Shown here in pieces: positions 1-9,313 of a stretch of DNA of 47,276 nt. The translations under genes and the position numbers were made by a program. The stretch comes from Gemmatimonadota bacterium (GTDB taxonomy: Bacteria > Gemmatimonadota > Gemmatimonadetes > Palauibacterales > Palauibacteraceae): the NCBI GenBank assembly GCA_041612005.1, contig JBFILW010000001.1:1-47276 (forward strand), in the 5' to 3' direction. The notes beneath the pieces were generated by a model that saw only the letters and a program-made list of their open reading frames with translations, did no database searches and was not told the DNA's origin. Position 1 is the stretch's first letter, and every line of letters begins with the position of its first letter.

Positions 1-20
1 CGGCCCCTCGCATGGGTACC

Positions 21-43
21 GCGGAGGAGAGACACTCCTCCGC
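21..43 (-). terminator. possible stem-loop downstream of the DUF5989-like ORF
   Basis: Perfect 8-bp stem gcggagga/tcctccgc (21-28 with 36-43) and a 7-nt loop, 5 nt beyond the stop at 49-51. No U-tract follows on the minus strand. Confidence 0.25.
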
Positions 44-48
44 GTGCA

Positions 49-204
49 TCAGAAGATCGTGTAGATGAAAGGGGCCAGCGCAGATCCCTGAGCAAAGATC
101 AGCAGCGATCCCACCATGAACAGCACCAGGACGATCGGCATCAGCCACCACTTCTTCCGAACCCTCATGAAGTCCCACAGCTCTTTACCGAGACTTTTGC
201 TCAT
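49..204 (-). CDS. small membrane protein, DUF5989-like (51 aa)
   Basis: Hand translation of the minus strand gives MSKSLGKELWDFMRVRKKWWLMPIVLVLFMVGSLLIFAQGSALAPFIYTIF, with ATG at 204-202 and TGA at 51-49. It is below the ORF-track length cut-off. The basic RKKWW stretch followed by one TM helix, and the position after an SxtJ-like gene and a carbamoyltransferase, fit the known conserved trio. Confidence 0.7.
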   Translation of the reverse strand: MSKSLGKELWDFMRVRKKWWLMPIVLVLFMVGSLLIFAQGSALAPFIYTIF

Positions 205-240
205 ATGTCCCCTGTCTTGCTCGTCGTCAGACGTTCAATG

Positions 241-660
241 TCAGAATTGGCGAGTGATGTCGCCGCGTCCATTGCCTTCGCGGGAAACCCAGTAACCCGA
301 TTCCGTACGCTGCTGATGCAGTGGGTTGCGGGCGACCAGGCGCCTGATCACGCCGGAGGGCGTGATCACGAGAAAATACACGATGCTCATGAAGACCGGC
401 GTCGTGACCTTCGATATTGCATGCGCCATCCCCATCCAGGCCGAGTGCACCGGTCCCAGCCGACCCGGAATCGCCAGGCCTGCGAGAATCAACAGGGCGC
501 TGATCCCCGCCAGCACCATCGGCACCATCTCGTGTCCCCGCCACCATGAAATGGAAGCGATGACGAGGAAGGCGATCCCGACTGTGAGGCCGAATTTACG
601 GCCTTCGGCCGGGGTCAGTCGAGCTCGAACTCGTCTCTCCAATCCCCCTCCTCTTTCCAT
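241..660 (-). CDS. SxtJ-like small membrane protein
   Basis: Track ORF 241-807 trimmed to the internal ATG at 660 (MERGGGLERRVRARLTPAEGRKFGLTVG...). There are two or three hydrophobic helices. An alternative TTG at 642 follows GAGGAGG. The upstream part of the ORF overlaps the carbamoyltransferase 3' end. Confidence 0.6.
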   Translation of the reverse strand: MERGGGLERRVRARLTPAEGRKFGLTVGIAFLVIASISWWRGHEMVPMVLAGISALLILAGLAIPGRLGPVHSAWMGMAHAISKVTTPVFMSIVYFLVITPSGVIRRLVARNPLHQQRTESGYWVSREGNGRGDITRQF

Positions 661-2492
661 TCCGGCTGCTCCCGCTTGTCGAGCAGGAACGGCCACAAAA
701 CGAGGTAATCCATGTTCGTCCGCATGAAACACTGATAGGCGTCTTGGGGCGTACAGACGATCGGTTCGCCACGAACATTGAACGAAGTGTTGACCACCAG
801 GCCGCATCCGCTCCGGCGCTCGAAGGCGCTGAGCAGCGCGTGATAGTGCGGGCTCTGTTCGGCGTCCACGGTCTGTACGCGCGCCGAGTAGTCCACGTGC
901 GTGATCGCCGGTATGTCCGAGCGAGGCACGTTGAGCTGCTCGATCCCGAACAGCCTGCGCTGCTCATCGCTCATCGGGATTTGGCGCTCCTTTTTCACCG
1001 GTGCAACCAGCAGCATGTAGGGCGAGTCCGAGTCGAGCTCGAAGTAATCGCTGACTCGCTCACGTAGCACGCTTGGCGCGAAGGGCCGGAAGCTCTCCCG
1101 GAACTTGATCTTCAAGTTCATCTGTTCCTGCATCTTCGGGCTTCGCGGGTCACCGAGGATGCTGCGGGCCCCGAGCGCACGCGGACCGAACTCCATGCGT
1201 CCGTCGAACCAGCCGACGACATTCTCGGTGTCGAGCAGCTCGGCCGCGCGCTCGACCAGGTCGCCTGCTTCCAGACACTCATACGGTGCGCCGACCGATT
1301 CGAGGAAGGCTCGGATCTGGTCTGGCGAGTAACCCGGACCCAGGTATGCGCCCCTCATCGAGTCCATGCCCGAAGTTACGGTGCGAGGCTGCTCACAATG
1401 GCGGTGCCAGATGAGCTGGGCGACACCCAGGGCGCCACCCGCGTCGCCGGCGGCAGGTTGAATCCAGATGTTCTCAAAGGGACCTTCGCGCAGGATGCGG
1501 CCGTTGCCCACACAGTTGAGCGCCACGCCGCCAGCCAAACAGAGGTTTGGCGAGCCGGTCAGCTCCCGGGCGGTACGCGCCATGCGGAGCATGACCTCCT
1601 CGCATACCACCTGCACCGAGCGGGCGAGGTCCATCTCCCGCTGGGTGATCAACGACTCGGGCTTACGAGGCGGACCGCCCATCAGCTTGTCGAACGCCCC
1701 GTTCGTCATCGTGAGCCCGGTCAGGTAGTTGAAATACTTCTGGTTGAGGCGGAACGAGCCGTCCGCCTCCAACTCCATGAGCTCGCTGAGGATCAGGTCG
1801 ACGTATTTCGGCTCCCCGTACGGAGCGAGGCCCATCACTTTGTACTCGCCGGAGTTGACCTTGAATCCGGTGTAATAGGTGAACGCGGAATACAGCAGCC
1901 CCAGCGAGTCGGGCCAATGGAGCTCCCGCAGGATCTCGATATCGTTGCCCGACCCCTTCCCGATCGAAGCCGTGGCCCACTCTCCGACGCCGTCCATGGT
2001 CAGGATGGCGGCCTCTTCGAAAGGCGACGGGAAGAAGGCGCTGGCAGCGTGGGACTCGTGGTGCTCTGCGTACAAGATCTCGCCCTCATAGCCCAACGCT
2101 TCCCGCAGCTGGCGGTCCATGTAGAGCTTGTCCTTGATCCACAGCGGACCCGCCATCAGGAAGGAGCGCAGCCCACGCGGCGCGACGCCGAGATACGTCT
2201 CGAGGATGCGCTCGAACTTGAGCAGCGGCTTGTCGTAAAAGCCAACATAGGTCAGCTGGTCGGCCGTGATCCCTACCTCGTCGAGGCAGAACTGGACGGC
2301 ACGGGCCGGATAGCTGGCATCGCCCTTCTTGCGCGTGAAGCGTTCCTCCTGCGCGGCGGCGACGATCTCACCGTCGCGCAGCAGACAGGCGGCGCTGTCA
2401 TGGTAGAAGGCCGATATTCCCAGTATGTAGTTGCTCTTGTCCACGTCGCTGCGTCTGTCAGGTGCGTATGAGTCGAAGCCGTCCGTATGCAA
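615..2492 (-). CDS. carbamoyltransferase, NodU/CmcH family
   Basis: 625 aa. The N-terminus ILGISAFYHDSAACLLRDGEIVAAAQEERFTRKK and the overall length are typical of the family. Confidence 0.9.
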   Translation of the reverse strand: MHTDGFDSYAPDRRSDVDKSNYILGISAFYHDSAACLLRDGEIVAAAQEERFTRKKGDASYPARAVQFCLDEVGITADQLTYVGFYDKPLLKFERILETYLGVAPRGLRSFLMAGPLWIKDKLYMDRQLREALGYEGEILYAEHHESHAASAFFPSPFEEAAILTMDGVGEWATASIGKGSGNDIEILRELHWPDSLGLLYSAFTYYTGFKVNSGEYKVMGLAPYGEPKYVDLILSELMELEADGSFRLNQKYFNYLTGLTMTNGAFDKLMGGPPRKPESLITQREMDLARSVQVVCEEVMLRMARTARELTGSPNLCLAGGVALNCVGNGRILREGPFENIWIQPAAGDAGGALGVAQLIWHRHCEQPRTVTSGMDSMRGAYLGPGYSPDQIRAFLESVGAPYECLEAGDLVERAAELLDTENVVGWFDGRMEFGPRALGARSILGDPRSPKMQEQMNLKIKFRESFRPFAPSVLRERVSDYFELDSDSPYMLLVAPVKKERQIPMSDEQRRLFGIEQLNVPRSDIPAITHVDYSARVQTVDAEQSPHYHALLSAFERRSGCGLVVNTSFNVRGEPIVCTPQDAYQCFMRTNMDYLVLWPFLLDKREQPEWKEEGDWRDEFELD

Positions 2493-2583
2493 CCCGGCCC
2501 ACGTCGGCGCTACTTCAGATCGCGTCGCGAGGTTGCAATTGCAAGAGGCAAGCCGCTCCTCAGCTCCGGTCGTTGCCCGTTCT

Positions 2584-2600
2584 CAGGCCGTTTAGGCCTG
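2584..2600 (-). terminator. weak hairpin between the SGNH gene stop and the carbamoyltransferase start
   Basis: caggcc-gttta-ggcctg, a 6-bp stem. No clear U-tract on the minus strand. Confidence 0.2.
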
Positions 2601-2679
2601 TTCTTGAGGGGCGCCCTGACTGGCTCCACCTCTCGATGCGGAACGAGGCCGGCCGTATATGTGGCAAGGATGCGGCAGC

Positions 2680-3690
2680 TCAGGTCGTGTCGCCGGCGGG
2701 CTCCGCTACCCGCGCCACCCGCGCCACGAGAAAGGCGTGCAAAGCGTCCGCGACGATTCGGTGTCCCTCCGCAGCATAGTGCGAGTTGGCCGGCAGGTAG
2801 GCCATATCCGGATCCGCGGATTGAATTGGATCCGTCAGGTCCACAACCGCCGCACCGTGCTCTTGGGCGATCCGGATCACCCAGTCCCGACGCCGCTGTT
2901 GAGCGGGCGCGGTCCACGGTCCCGGCACATAGGCGTACACGGGAACGGCGCCGTGGGCCTCGACGAGTGCGACCAGGCTGTCCTGGATCGCCTCGTTGAG
3001 CTCCCACTCGGCCTGGCTCAGCGGGGCACTCCTGGCGTTCCCGCCCTTGAGGGCGAGCAGCAGCCCGTTGTAGAGGTAGGAGCGCTCCCACGGCTTCGGC
3101 TTCGGGTAGTCCACGGCCACCAGACCTCCATCCCGGAGCTCGAGGCGCGGAATCGCGTAGCCGAGGCCGGAGTAACGGGGGCGCACGCGACGAAAGTCAT
3201 CAAAGGACGGGGCCACGACCACCACGTCCGGTCGGGCCACGGGCAGTACGGCTTCAAGCGCGAGTAGCATCAGGTCGGGGCCGTATCCCGGGATCGCGAT
3301 GTTGTCGATGCGCCATCCCGGCTCCAACTCCTGCAGGTAGTCCGTGAACCGCTCGCCCTCCTGCACACCCTCGCCAAACGTATACGAGTCTCCAAGGAAG
3401 AGGACGCGGATTCGCTCGTCTCGCTCCGAGATGTCGTGCGCGTTCCGGAAACCGTGCGCGTCCGAGTGCACGGTGATCGTGCGGGGTGCGGCAGGCGGGT
3501 ATTCGTACGTCGCGGTCCTGTTCGGTCGGAGTGCGTACCCGTACCCTGGCTTCGCCTCATACAACTCGGGCTGCCTCGATTGAGGCGGGTAATCGGGTGG
3601 CCGATACTTACCGGACACCCGCAGGGCAAGCTCGGCGCCTCCGACCGCCAGCATGATTGCGACCAAAAGCAGGAGAAGGTTGGTCCTCAC
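2680..3690 (-). CDS. SGNH/GDSL-type hydrolase with N-terminal signal/anchor
   Basis: 336 aa with a hydrophobic N-terminus (LLLLLVAIMLAVGGA) and a block I motif LFLGDSYTFGEG. The GTG start overlaps the lipB stop (GTGA at 3687-3690). Confidence 0.6.
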   Translation of the reverse strand: MRTNLLLLLVAIMLAVGGAELALRVSGKYRPPDYPPQSRQPELYEAKPGYGYALRPNRTATYEYPPAAPRTITVHSDAHGFRNAHDISERDERIRVLFLGDSYTFGEGVQEGERFTDYLQELEPGWRIDNIAIPGYGPDLMLLALEAVLPVARPDVVVVAPSFDDFRRVRPRYSGLGYAIPRLELRDGGLVAVDYPKPKPWERSYLYNGLLLALKGGNARSAPLSQAEWELNEAIQDSLVALVEAHGAVPVYAYVPGPWTAPAQQRRRDWVIRIAQEHGAAVVDLTDPIQSADPDMAYLPANSHYAAEGHRIVADALHAFLVARVARVAEPAGDTT

Positions 3691-4481
3691 CGAACACCAG
3701 GATTCGTCGGACGGGAAGCGCCGGTCTCCTGAGCCGCGGGGCTCACGGCCAGCGCGGCGTGAAGCGCTTGCGGCAACATTTCCTCCGCTTCGGCCGCGAA
3801 CGCCGCCTCGAACCCATGGCGAACAGCACCAGTCACTGCGTCCATTCCGAGCTCGACGCCTTCCCCGGAGAGGCAGGTCATTTGAACGCCCTCGATCCCG
3901 CAGGGGACGATGAGCCGGAAGTTCTCCAGGGGTTCGGGGCTGACGTTGAGCGCGAAACCGTGCCAGGTGACCCAGCGGCTCACGTGCACTCCGATGGAAG
4001 CGATCTTGCGGGCTGCGCCGCCCGCGACCCTGATCGGCAGCGAGTCGAGGTCACCGTCTTCGCCGACCCACACACCGGTGAAGCCGGGAGCCCGGAAAGC
4101 GCTCAGGCCGAGCTCGGCCATGGCGACGATCAGCGCCTCTTCGAGACGCCGGACGTACCAGTGGAGGTCCCTTCGATACCGCTTGAGATCCAGGATCGGA
4201 TAGCCGACGAGCTGTCCGGGACCGTGGTACGTCACGTCTCCGCCGCGCTCGATCTCGACGACATCTATGCCCCGTGCCGCCATAAGCATCGGGGAGGCAA
4301 CGAGATTCTGCTCGCTCGATCCCCTCCCCAGGGTGACGACCGGCTCATGTTCGAGCAGGAGAAGAAGATCGTCTTCCAGCTCTCCGCCGATTCGATGGCG
4401 AGCCAAACGCCGCTGCCAATCCAGGGCTTCTCGATAAGGGACTCTGCCAGGGAGCCGGCAGATCAGAATCGGCTGCCGCAT
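3687..4481 (-). CDS. lipB: lipoyl(octanoyl) transferase
   Basis: 264 aa. Motifs: LLLLEHEPVVTLGR, RGGDVTYHGPGQLVGYP, KIASIGV. Confidence 0.9.
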   Translation of the reverse strand: MRQPILICRLPGRVPYREALDWQRRLARHRIGGELEDDLLLLLEHEPVVTLGRGSSEQNLVASPMLMAARGIDVVEIERGGDVTYHGPGQLVGYPILDLKRYRRDLHWYVRRLEEALIVAMAELGLSAFRAPGFTGVWVGEDGDLDSLPIRVAGGAARKIASIGVHVSRWVTWHGFALNVSPEPLENFRLIVPCGIEGVQMTCLSGEGVELGMDAVTGAVRHGFEAAFAAEAEEMLPQALHAALAVSPAAQETGASRPTNPGVR

Positions 4482-4485
4482 GTGA

Positions 4486-5895
4486 TTAGATGTCGATCGC
4501 TCGACCGAGCGCCGCCATCGCCGCCTGCATGATGCCCTCGGACATGGTCGGATGGGCGTGGGGGAAGCCGGCGATCTCGTCCAGCGTCACCTCGAGCATG
4601 CGTCCCAGGCCTGCTTCGTCGATCAACTCGCTCACGTTGTGACCGATCATCTGGCAACCCAGCACCTCGCCGTACCTGGCGTCGGCGACGATCTTGACGA
4701 AGCCCTCGTTGCTGGCGGCCGTGATCGCGCGGCCGTGCGAGGTAAGCGGGTACTTGCCTATCAGTACCTCGTGCCCCGCTTCGATCGCCTGCGCCTCGGT
4801 CATTCCGATCGTGGCGATCTCAGGGTGGCAATACCCGACACTCGGAATGTTGTCGTATTTCATCGGGTGCTCGGCCACGCCCGCGATGTGCTCGGCGGCG
4901 ACCAGCCCCTCGTGCGACCCTTTGTGCGCAAGCATCGGCGGTCCGGCCACATCTCCGATCGCGTATACCCAGGCGGCGGTCGTGCGGCACCATTCGTCGA
5001 TCTTGATGAACCCATCCTCGACGGTCACGCCGGCTTCTTCCAGCCCCAGACCGCTCGTTACCGGCTGACGGCCGATGGCCATGAGAACGACATCGGTCTC
5101 GATCTCTTCCGGGCCCTTCTTCCCTTCCACCGTGAGCAGCATCGGGCTCACGTCGCGGTTCAGGCTTACCACGCGGGTTTCCGTCATGACCGCGATTCCA
5201 CGCTTCTTGTAGGAGCGCGCGAGGGCTTTGCCGATCTCAGCGTCCTCGAGAGGCACCAGAGTCGGAAGCGCTTCGACAACTGTCACCTCCACCCCGAAGG
5301 CGGCGAACACATCCGCGAACTCGACACCGACGTAACCGGCTCCGACCACGACCATTCTCTGGGGCAGAACGCGGAGCCCGAGCGCCTCGCGGCTCCCGAT
5401 TACCTTCTCGCCGTCGATCTCGAAGCCGGGGAACGACTTCATTACCGACCCGGTCGCGACCACCGCGTGTCGGGTTTCCAGGACACGCGTCTGCCCATCG
5501 GCGTCGTCGACAGCGACTTTTCCTTCGCCTGCCAGCCGCCCGCTCCCGATGATCGAATCGACCTCGTTCTTTTTGAGCAGGTACTTGACGCCGCCGGACA
5601 GCTTCTCGCTGATCGCCCGACTGCGATTCACCGCGGCGCCCATGTCCAGCTCGATACCCGCAGCGCGCACGCCCATCTCTTCGCCATGGCTGCCGAGATT
5701 CTGAGCGAGCGCGGCGCTCTCGAGCAGCGCCTTGGCCGGAATGCAGCCCCAATTGAGGCATGTCCCGCCCATGCCGCCCTCGTAGGAGTTGTTCTCGACG
5801 CAGGCCGCTCGCAGCCCGAGCTGGCTGGCCCGGATCGCGCACCAGTAGCCGGCCGGCCCCGAGCCGAGGACGACGACGTCGTAGATTTCGGACAT
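4486..5895 (-). CDS. lpdA: dihydrolipoyl dehydrogenase (E3)
   Basis: 469 aa. FAD-binding motif VVVLGSGPAGY and redox-active disulfide GGTCLNWGCIPAK. Located in the PDH operon. Confidence 0.9.
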   Translation of the reverse strand: MSEIYDVVVLGSGPAGYWCAIRASQLGLRAACVENNSYEGGMGGTCLNWGCIPAKALLESAALAQNLGSHGEEMGVRAAGIELDMGAAVNRSRAISEKLSGGVKYLLKKNEVDSIIGSGRLAGEGKVAVDDADGQTRVLETRHAVVATGSVMKSFPGFEIDGEKVIGSREALGLRVLPQRMVVVGAGYVGVEFADVFAAFGVEVTVVEALPTLVPLEDAEIGKALARSYKKRGIAVMTETRVVSLNRDVSPMLLTVEGKKGPEEIETDVVLMAIGRQPVTSGLGLEEAGVTVEDGFIKIDEWCRTTAAWVYAIGDVAGPPMLAHKGSHEGLVAAEHIAGVAEHPMKYDNIPSVGYCHPEIATIGMTEAQAIEAGHEVLIGKYPLTSHGRAITAASNEGFVKIVADARYGEVLGCQMIGHNVSELIDEAGLGRMLEVTLDEIAGFPHAHPTMSEGIMQAAMAALGRAIDI

Positions 5896-5958
5896 GGATT
5901 CGCTCCGCTTGGGTGGAGTTTGCGCCTTTGCGGGCGCTGAATCAGCGACCCGCCAGGG

Positions 5959-7254
5959 TCAGAGGACCATGACGAGCGGATTCTCCAGCATCGCCTTGAA
6001 TGTCTCCAGGAAGCGCGCGCCCACCGCGCCGTCGATCACCCGGTGATCGCACGACATGGTGACGCGCATTCGCTTCTGAGCTTTGATCTCCCCCTCGACG
6101 ACGACGGCTTTCTCCTCGGTGCGCCCGACGGCGAGGATTGCCGCTTCGGGCGGATTGATGACCGCCGTGAACTCATCGATGTCGAACATTCCGAGATTGC
6201 TGATCGTGAAGGTGGCACCCATGTACTCTTCCGGCATGAGTCGGCGGTTGCGGGCGCGCTCGATCAGATCCCGCGACTCGACCGAGATCGTCTCCAGACC
6301 CTTCCGGTCCACGGCCCGGAGCACAGGCGTGATCAATCCGTCTTCGAGCGCCACCGCCATCCCCAGATCCACGCGGCCGTGGCGACGGATCGCGGCATCC
6401 TCCCAGGAGGCATTCACCTCCGGATGGCGCACGAGCGCTTCCGCGGCGGCTTTGAGCAGCAGGTCGTTGACTCCGATCTTTCCAGCTTCGAGTCCCGCGT
6501 TCAGTTCTGCCCGCATCGCGAGGGCGCGACCCATATCGATCTCGGTGGTGAGGAAGAAGTGAGGAACGGGACCGATGGACTCAACGAGGCGGCGGGCGAT
6601 CGTCTTCCGCATCTGGCTGTGCTCGATCGCTTGCTCCACTAGCCTCGGGGCGCCGGAAGTGGCCGGAGTCGGAAGAGGCGCAGTTGTGGTTCCAGCCCCT
6701 GGCGCCGCCGCGGGCGCGGCGCCAGCCCGCAGCGCGTCCTCTACGTCGCGCTTCACGATCCGACCCGCCGGGCCGGAGCCGGGAATCGCCGCCAGCTCGA
6801 TCCCGGCCTGTTGGGCCATGCGGCGCGCCACGGGAGAGGCCCTCAGCCGTCCGTCGCCGTCGGCCGCGATCGGCTGGCTGGCGATAGGCTGCGGGGCAGG
6901 TTTCGGAGGCGCGGCCACCGCGGCGGGAGGCGGCTCGGCGGTCGGCGCAGCGGTGGATCCAGCCGAGGCGGCGGCCTCCGCGCGTGCTTTCGCCAGCAGG
7001 GCGTCGATGTCCTCGCCGGGATCCGCAATCACACCGATCAGCGTTCCCACCGGCGCCGTGGTGCCGGCCGGAACAAGGATCGCCCTCAGAACGCCGCCGC
7101 CCATCGCCTCCACATCCATGTTGGCCTTGTCGGTCTCGATCTCGGCCAGAATGTCACCCGCTCGGACTTCGGCGCCCTCCTCGACTTTCCATTCGATCAG
7201 CTTGCCCTCTTCCATCGTCGGGCTCAGCTGAGCCATTACCACCTTCGTCGCCAT
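5959..7254 (-). CDS. pdhC: dihydrolipoamide acetyltransferase (E2), single lipoyl domain
   Basis: 431 aa. Lipoyl-lysine motif EIETDKANMDVEA, an Ala/Pro linker, an E3-binding segment, and catalytic DHRVIDGA near the C-terminus. Confidence 0.9.
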   Translation of the reverse strand: MATKVVMAQLSPTMEEGKLIEWKVEEGAEVRAGDILAEIETDKANMDVEAMGGGVLRAILVPAGTTAPVGTLIGVIADPGEDIDALLAKARAEAAASAGSTAAPTAEPPPAAVAAPPKPAPQPIASQPIAADGDGRLRASPVARRMAQQAGIELAAIPGSGPAGRIVKRDVEDALRAGAAPAAAPGAGTTTAPLPTPATSGAPRLVEQAIEHSQMRKTIARRLVESIGPVPHFFLTTEIDMGRALAMRAELNAGLEAGKIGVNDLLLKAAAEALVRHPEVNASWEDAAIRRHGRVDLGMAVALEDGLITPVLRAVDRKGLETISVESRDLIERARNRRLMPEEYMGATFTISNLGMFDIDEFTAVINPPEAAILAVGRTEEKAVVVEGEIKAQKRMRVTMSCDHRVIDGAVGARFLETFKAMLENPLVMVL

Positions 7255-7262
7255 CGGCCAGC

Positions 7263-8261
7263 TTACTCCACCACCGAATGGTTTCGGTAGCAGACGTGCC
7301 TGACCGCGTCGACGACGAACTCGGGCTGTGGAAAGACCAGCTTCTCGAGGTTGCGGGCATACGGCATTGGGACGTCGAGACCTGACACTCGCGCAATCGG
7401 GGCATCCAGGTAATCGAACGCCTCGCGCTGGATGTCATCGACCACCTGGGCACCGACGGCGGCGAACGGGGTGGCTTCCTCGACTACGACGACCCTATTC
7501 GTCTTGCGCACGGAATCGAGCACCGTGTCCACATCCAGCGGTCGGATTGTACGGAGATCGATCACTTCGACTTCGATTCCGTCTTCTACAGCCAGTGTCT
7601 CGGCCGCGCTGATCGAGGTGTGCACCATCTTCGAGTAGGTGACGATGGTGACGTCGTCTCCGGCACGCGCTACATCCGCGACCCCGATCGGCGTCACGTG
7701 ATCACCGTCAGGCACCTCACCCTTCATGTTGTACAGCCGCTCGCCTTCCACGAAGATCACCGGATCGTTGTCCCGGATCGCGCTCTTGAGCAGGCCCTTG
7801 GCATCGGCCGGCGTGGCCGGCGAGCAGACCTTGAGCCCGGGCACGTTGGCGTACCACTGCTCGGGCGCCTGCGAGTGCTGTGCCGCCAGCTGGAGCGCCG
7901 CGCCGCCCGGTCCGCGAAATACGATCGGGATGTTGAACTGCCCCCCGGACATCTCGTAGAGCTTGGCGGCGTGATTGACGATCTGATCGAAGGCCAGGTG
8001 GGCGAAGTTCCACGTCATGATCTCGACCACGGGGCGAAGTCCCACCATTGCCGCGCCCACGCCCATACCCGAGAATCCGTGCTCGGCGATCGGCGTGTCG
8101 CGCACTCTCCACTCACCGAAGTCCTCCAGGAGTCCCTTCGACACCTTGTATGCGCCGTCGTAGACGCCGACCTCCTCTCCGATGAGAAAGACGCGATCGT
8201 CCCGGTCCATTTCCTCGCGCAGCGCCTGGTTGAGCGCCTCGCGGTAGGTGATCACCGCCAT
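7263..8261 (-). CDS. pdhB: pyruvate dehydrogenase E1 beta subunit
   Basis: 332 aa. Transketolase-like pyrimidine-binding and C-terminal domains (ITYREALNQALREEM..., RVRDTPIAE). Confidence 0.9.
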   Translation of the reverse strand: MAVITYREALNQALREEMDRDDRVFLIGEEVGVYDGAYKVSKGLLEDFGEWRVRDTPIAEHGFSGMGVGAAMVGLRPVVEIMTWNFAHLAFDQIVNHAAKLYEMSGGQFNIPIVFRGPGGAALQLAAQHSQAPEQWYANVPGLKVCSPATPADAKGLLKSAIRDNDPVIFVEGERLYNMKGEVPDGDHVTPIGVADVARAGDDVTIVTYSKMVHTSISAAETLAVEDGIEVEVIDLRTIRPLDVDTVLDSVRKTNRVVVVEEATPFAAVGAQVVDDIQREAFDYLDAPIARVSGLDVPMPYARNLEKLVFPQPEFVVDAVRHVCYRNHSVVE

Positions 8262-9313
8262 GCGTCTCTCCGGTCGATTCCGTTTCGGTATTCGTCCGCA
8301 TAGACGAAATCGTACATCTCCGACGCGTCCGGGAGCGGGCTGTTGTCAGCGAATTCGGCCGCCGCTTCCGCTGTGTCGATCGCCGCCTGATCGATTTCGT
8401 CGTACTCCTCTGCACTCAGGACGCCGGCATCGATTAGGCGCCGCCGAAACGAGATGATCGGGTCGTTCTCGCGCTCGGCCTCGACTTCCTCTCGCGTCCG
8501 GTAGACGCCATGCGAGGGATCAGCGATCGAATGACCGACGTAGCGGTAGGTGTTGACCTCCAGGAACGTGGGTTCCTTCTTGTCGCGGGCAATTGCGACC
8601 GCTCGCTCCATGGCGTCACGGACCGCCATCACGTCCATGCCGTCCACCTGTTCCGAGTGCATCCCGTCGTACGTACATGCGCGCTGCACGATGCGCTCGG
8701 CGGCGGTGACACGATCGATCGCCGTTCCCATGCCATACATGTTGTTCTCGCACAAGTACACTACGGGCAGCTTCCAACGGGCGGCCATGTTGAACGACTC
8801 GTGGAAAGCGCCGATGTTGACCGCCGCTTCGCCGAACGTGCACAGGCAGACCTGATCCCCGTCACGATACCGGATGGCGTAACCGACGCCGGCGGCGATC
8901 GGAAGGTGGCTTCCGACGATGCCGTGGCCGCCGAGGAAGTTGAGGTCTTTCGCGAACAGGTGCATGGAGCCGCCGTGACCGCCCGACACTCCATCCGCCC
9001 GCCCGTACAACTCTGCCATCACGCGTCCCGGGTCCATGCCCCGAATCAGCGCGTGCGCGTGTGAACGGTACGAGGCGATCATGTAGTCGTCGTCGCGGAG
9101 GGCGCTGATCGCGCCCACGGCAACCGCCTCCTGGCCGATGTAGAGATGGCAGAAGCCGCCGATCTTGCCCATCTGGTAGGACTCGGCTGCCTTCTCCTCG
9201 AAGCGCCGCGCGACCTCCATCTCGCGCAGGAGCTCTTTCAGCTCAGCGTCCGATAGGCCGAGAAATTGGTTTTCGTCGCCCACTTCCGTGACCTCCCGCT
9301 CGCTCGTCGCCAT
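8252..9313 (-). CDS. pdhA: pyruvate dehydrogenase E1 alpha subunit (TPP-binding)
   Basis: Track ORF 8252-9430 trimmed to ATG 9313-9311 (MATSEREV...), which overlaps the lipA stop by 1 nt (TAATG). Family motifs: GFCHLYIGQEA and the TPP motif GEAAVNIGAFHESFNMA...ENNMYGMGT. Confidence 0.88.
   Translation of the reverse strand: MATSEREVTEVGDENQFLGLSDAELKELLREMEVARRFEEKAAESYQMGKIGGFCHLYIGQEAVAVGAISALRDDDYMIASYRSHAHALIRGMDPGRVMAELYGRADGVSGGHGGSMHLFAKDLNFLGGHGIVGSHLPIAAGVGYAIRYRDGDQVCLCTFGEAAVNIGAFHESFNMAARWKLPVVYLCENNMYGMGTAIDRVTAAERIVQRACTYDGMHSEQVDGMDVMAVRDAMERAVAIARDKKEPTFLEVNTYRYVGHSIADPSHGVYRTREEVEAERENDPIISFRRRLIDAGVLSAEEYDEIDQAAIDTAEAAAEFADNSPLPDASEMYDFVYADEYRNGIDRRDAWR

Noticed and set aside
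4552-5940. 462-aa plus-strand ORF, and similar ORFs at 1398-2471, 6043-7290, 7620-8303, 8510-9064, 43565-44386
   Set aside because: All are antisense to genes with strong family signatures (lpd, carbamoyltransferase, E2, pdhB, pdhA, response regulator).
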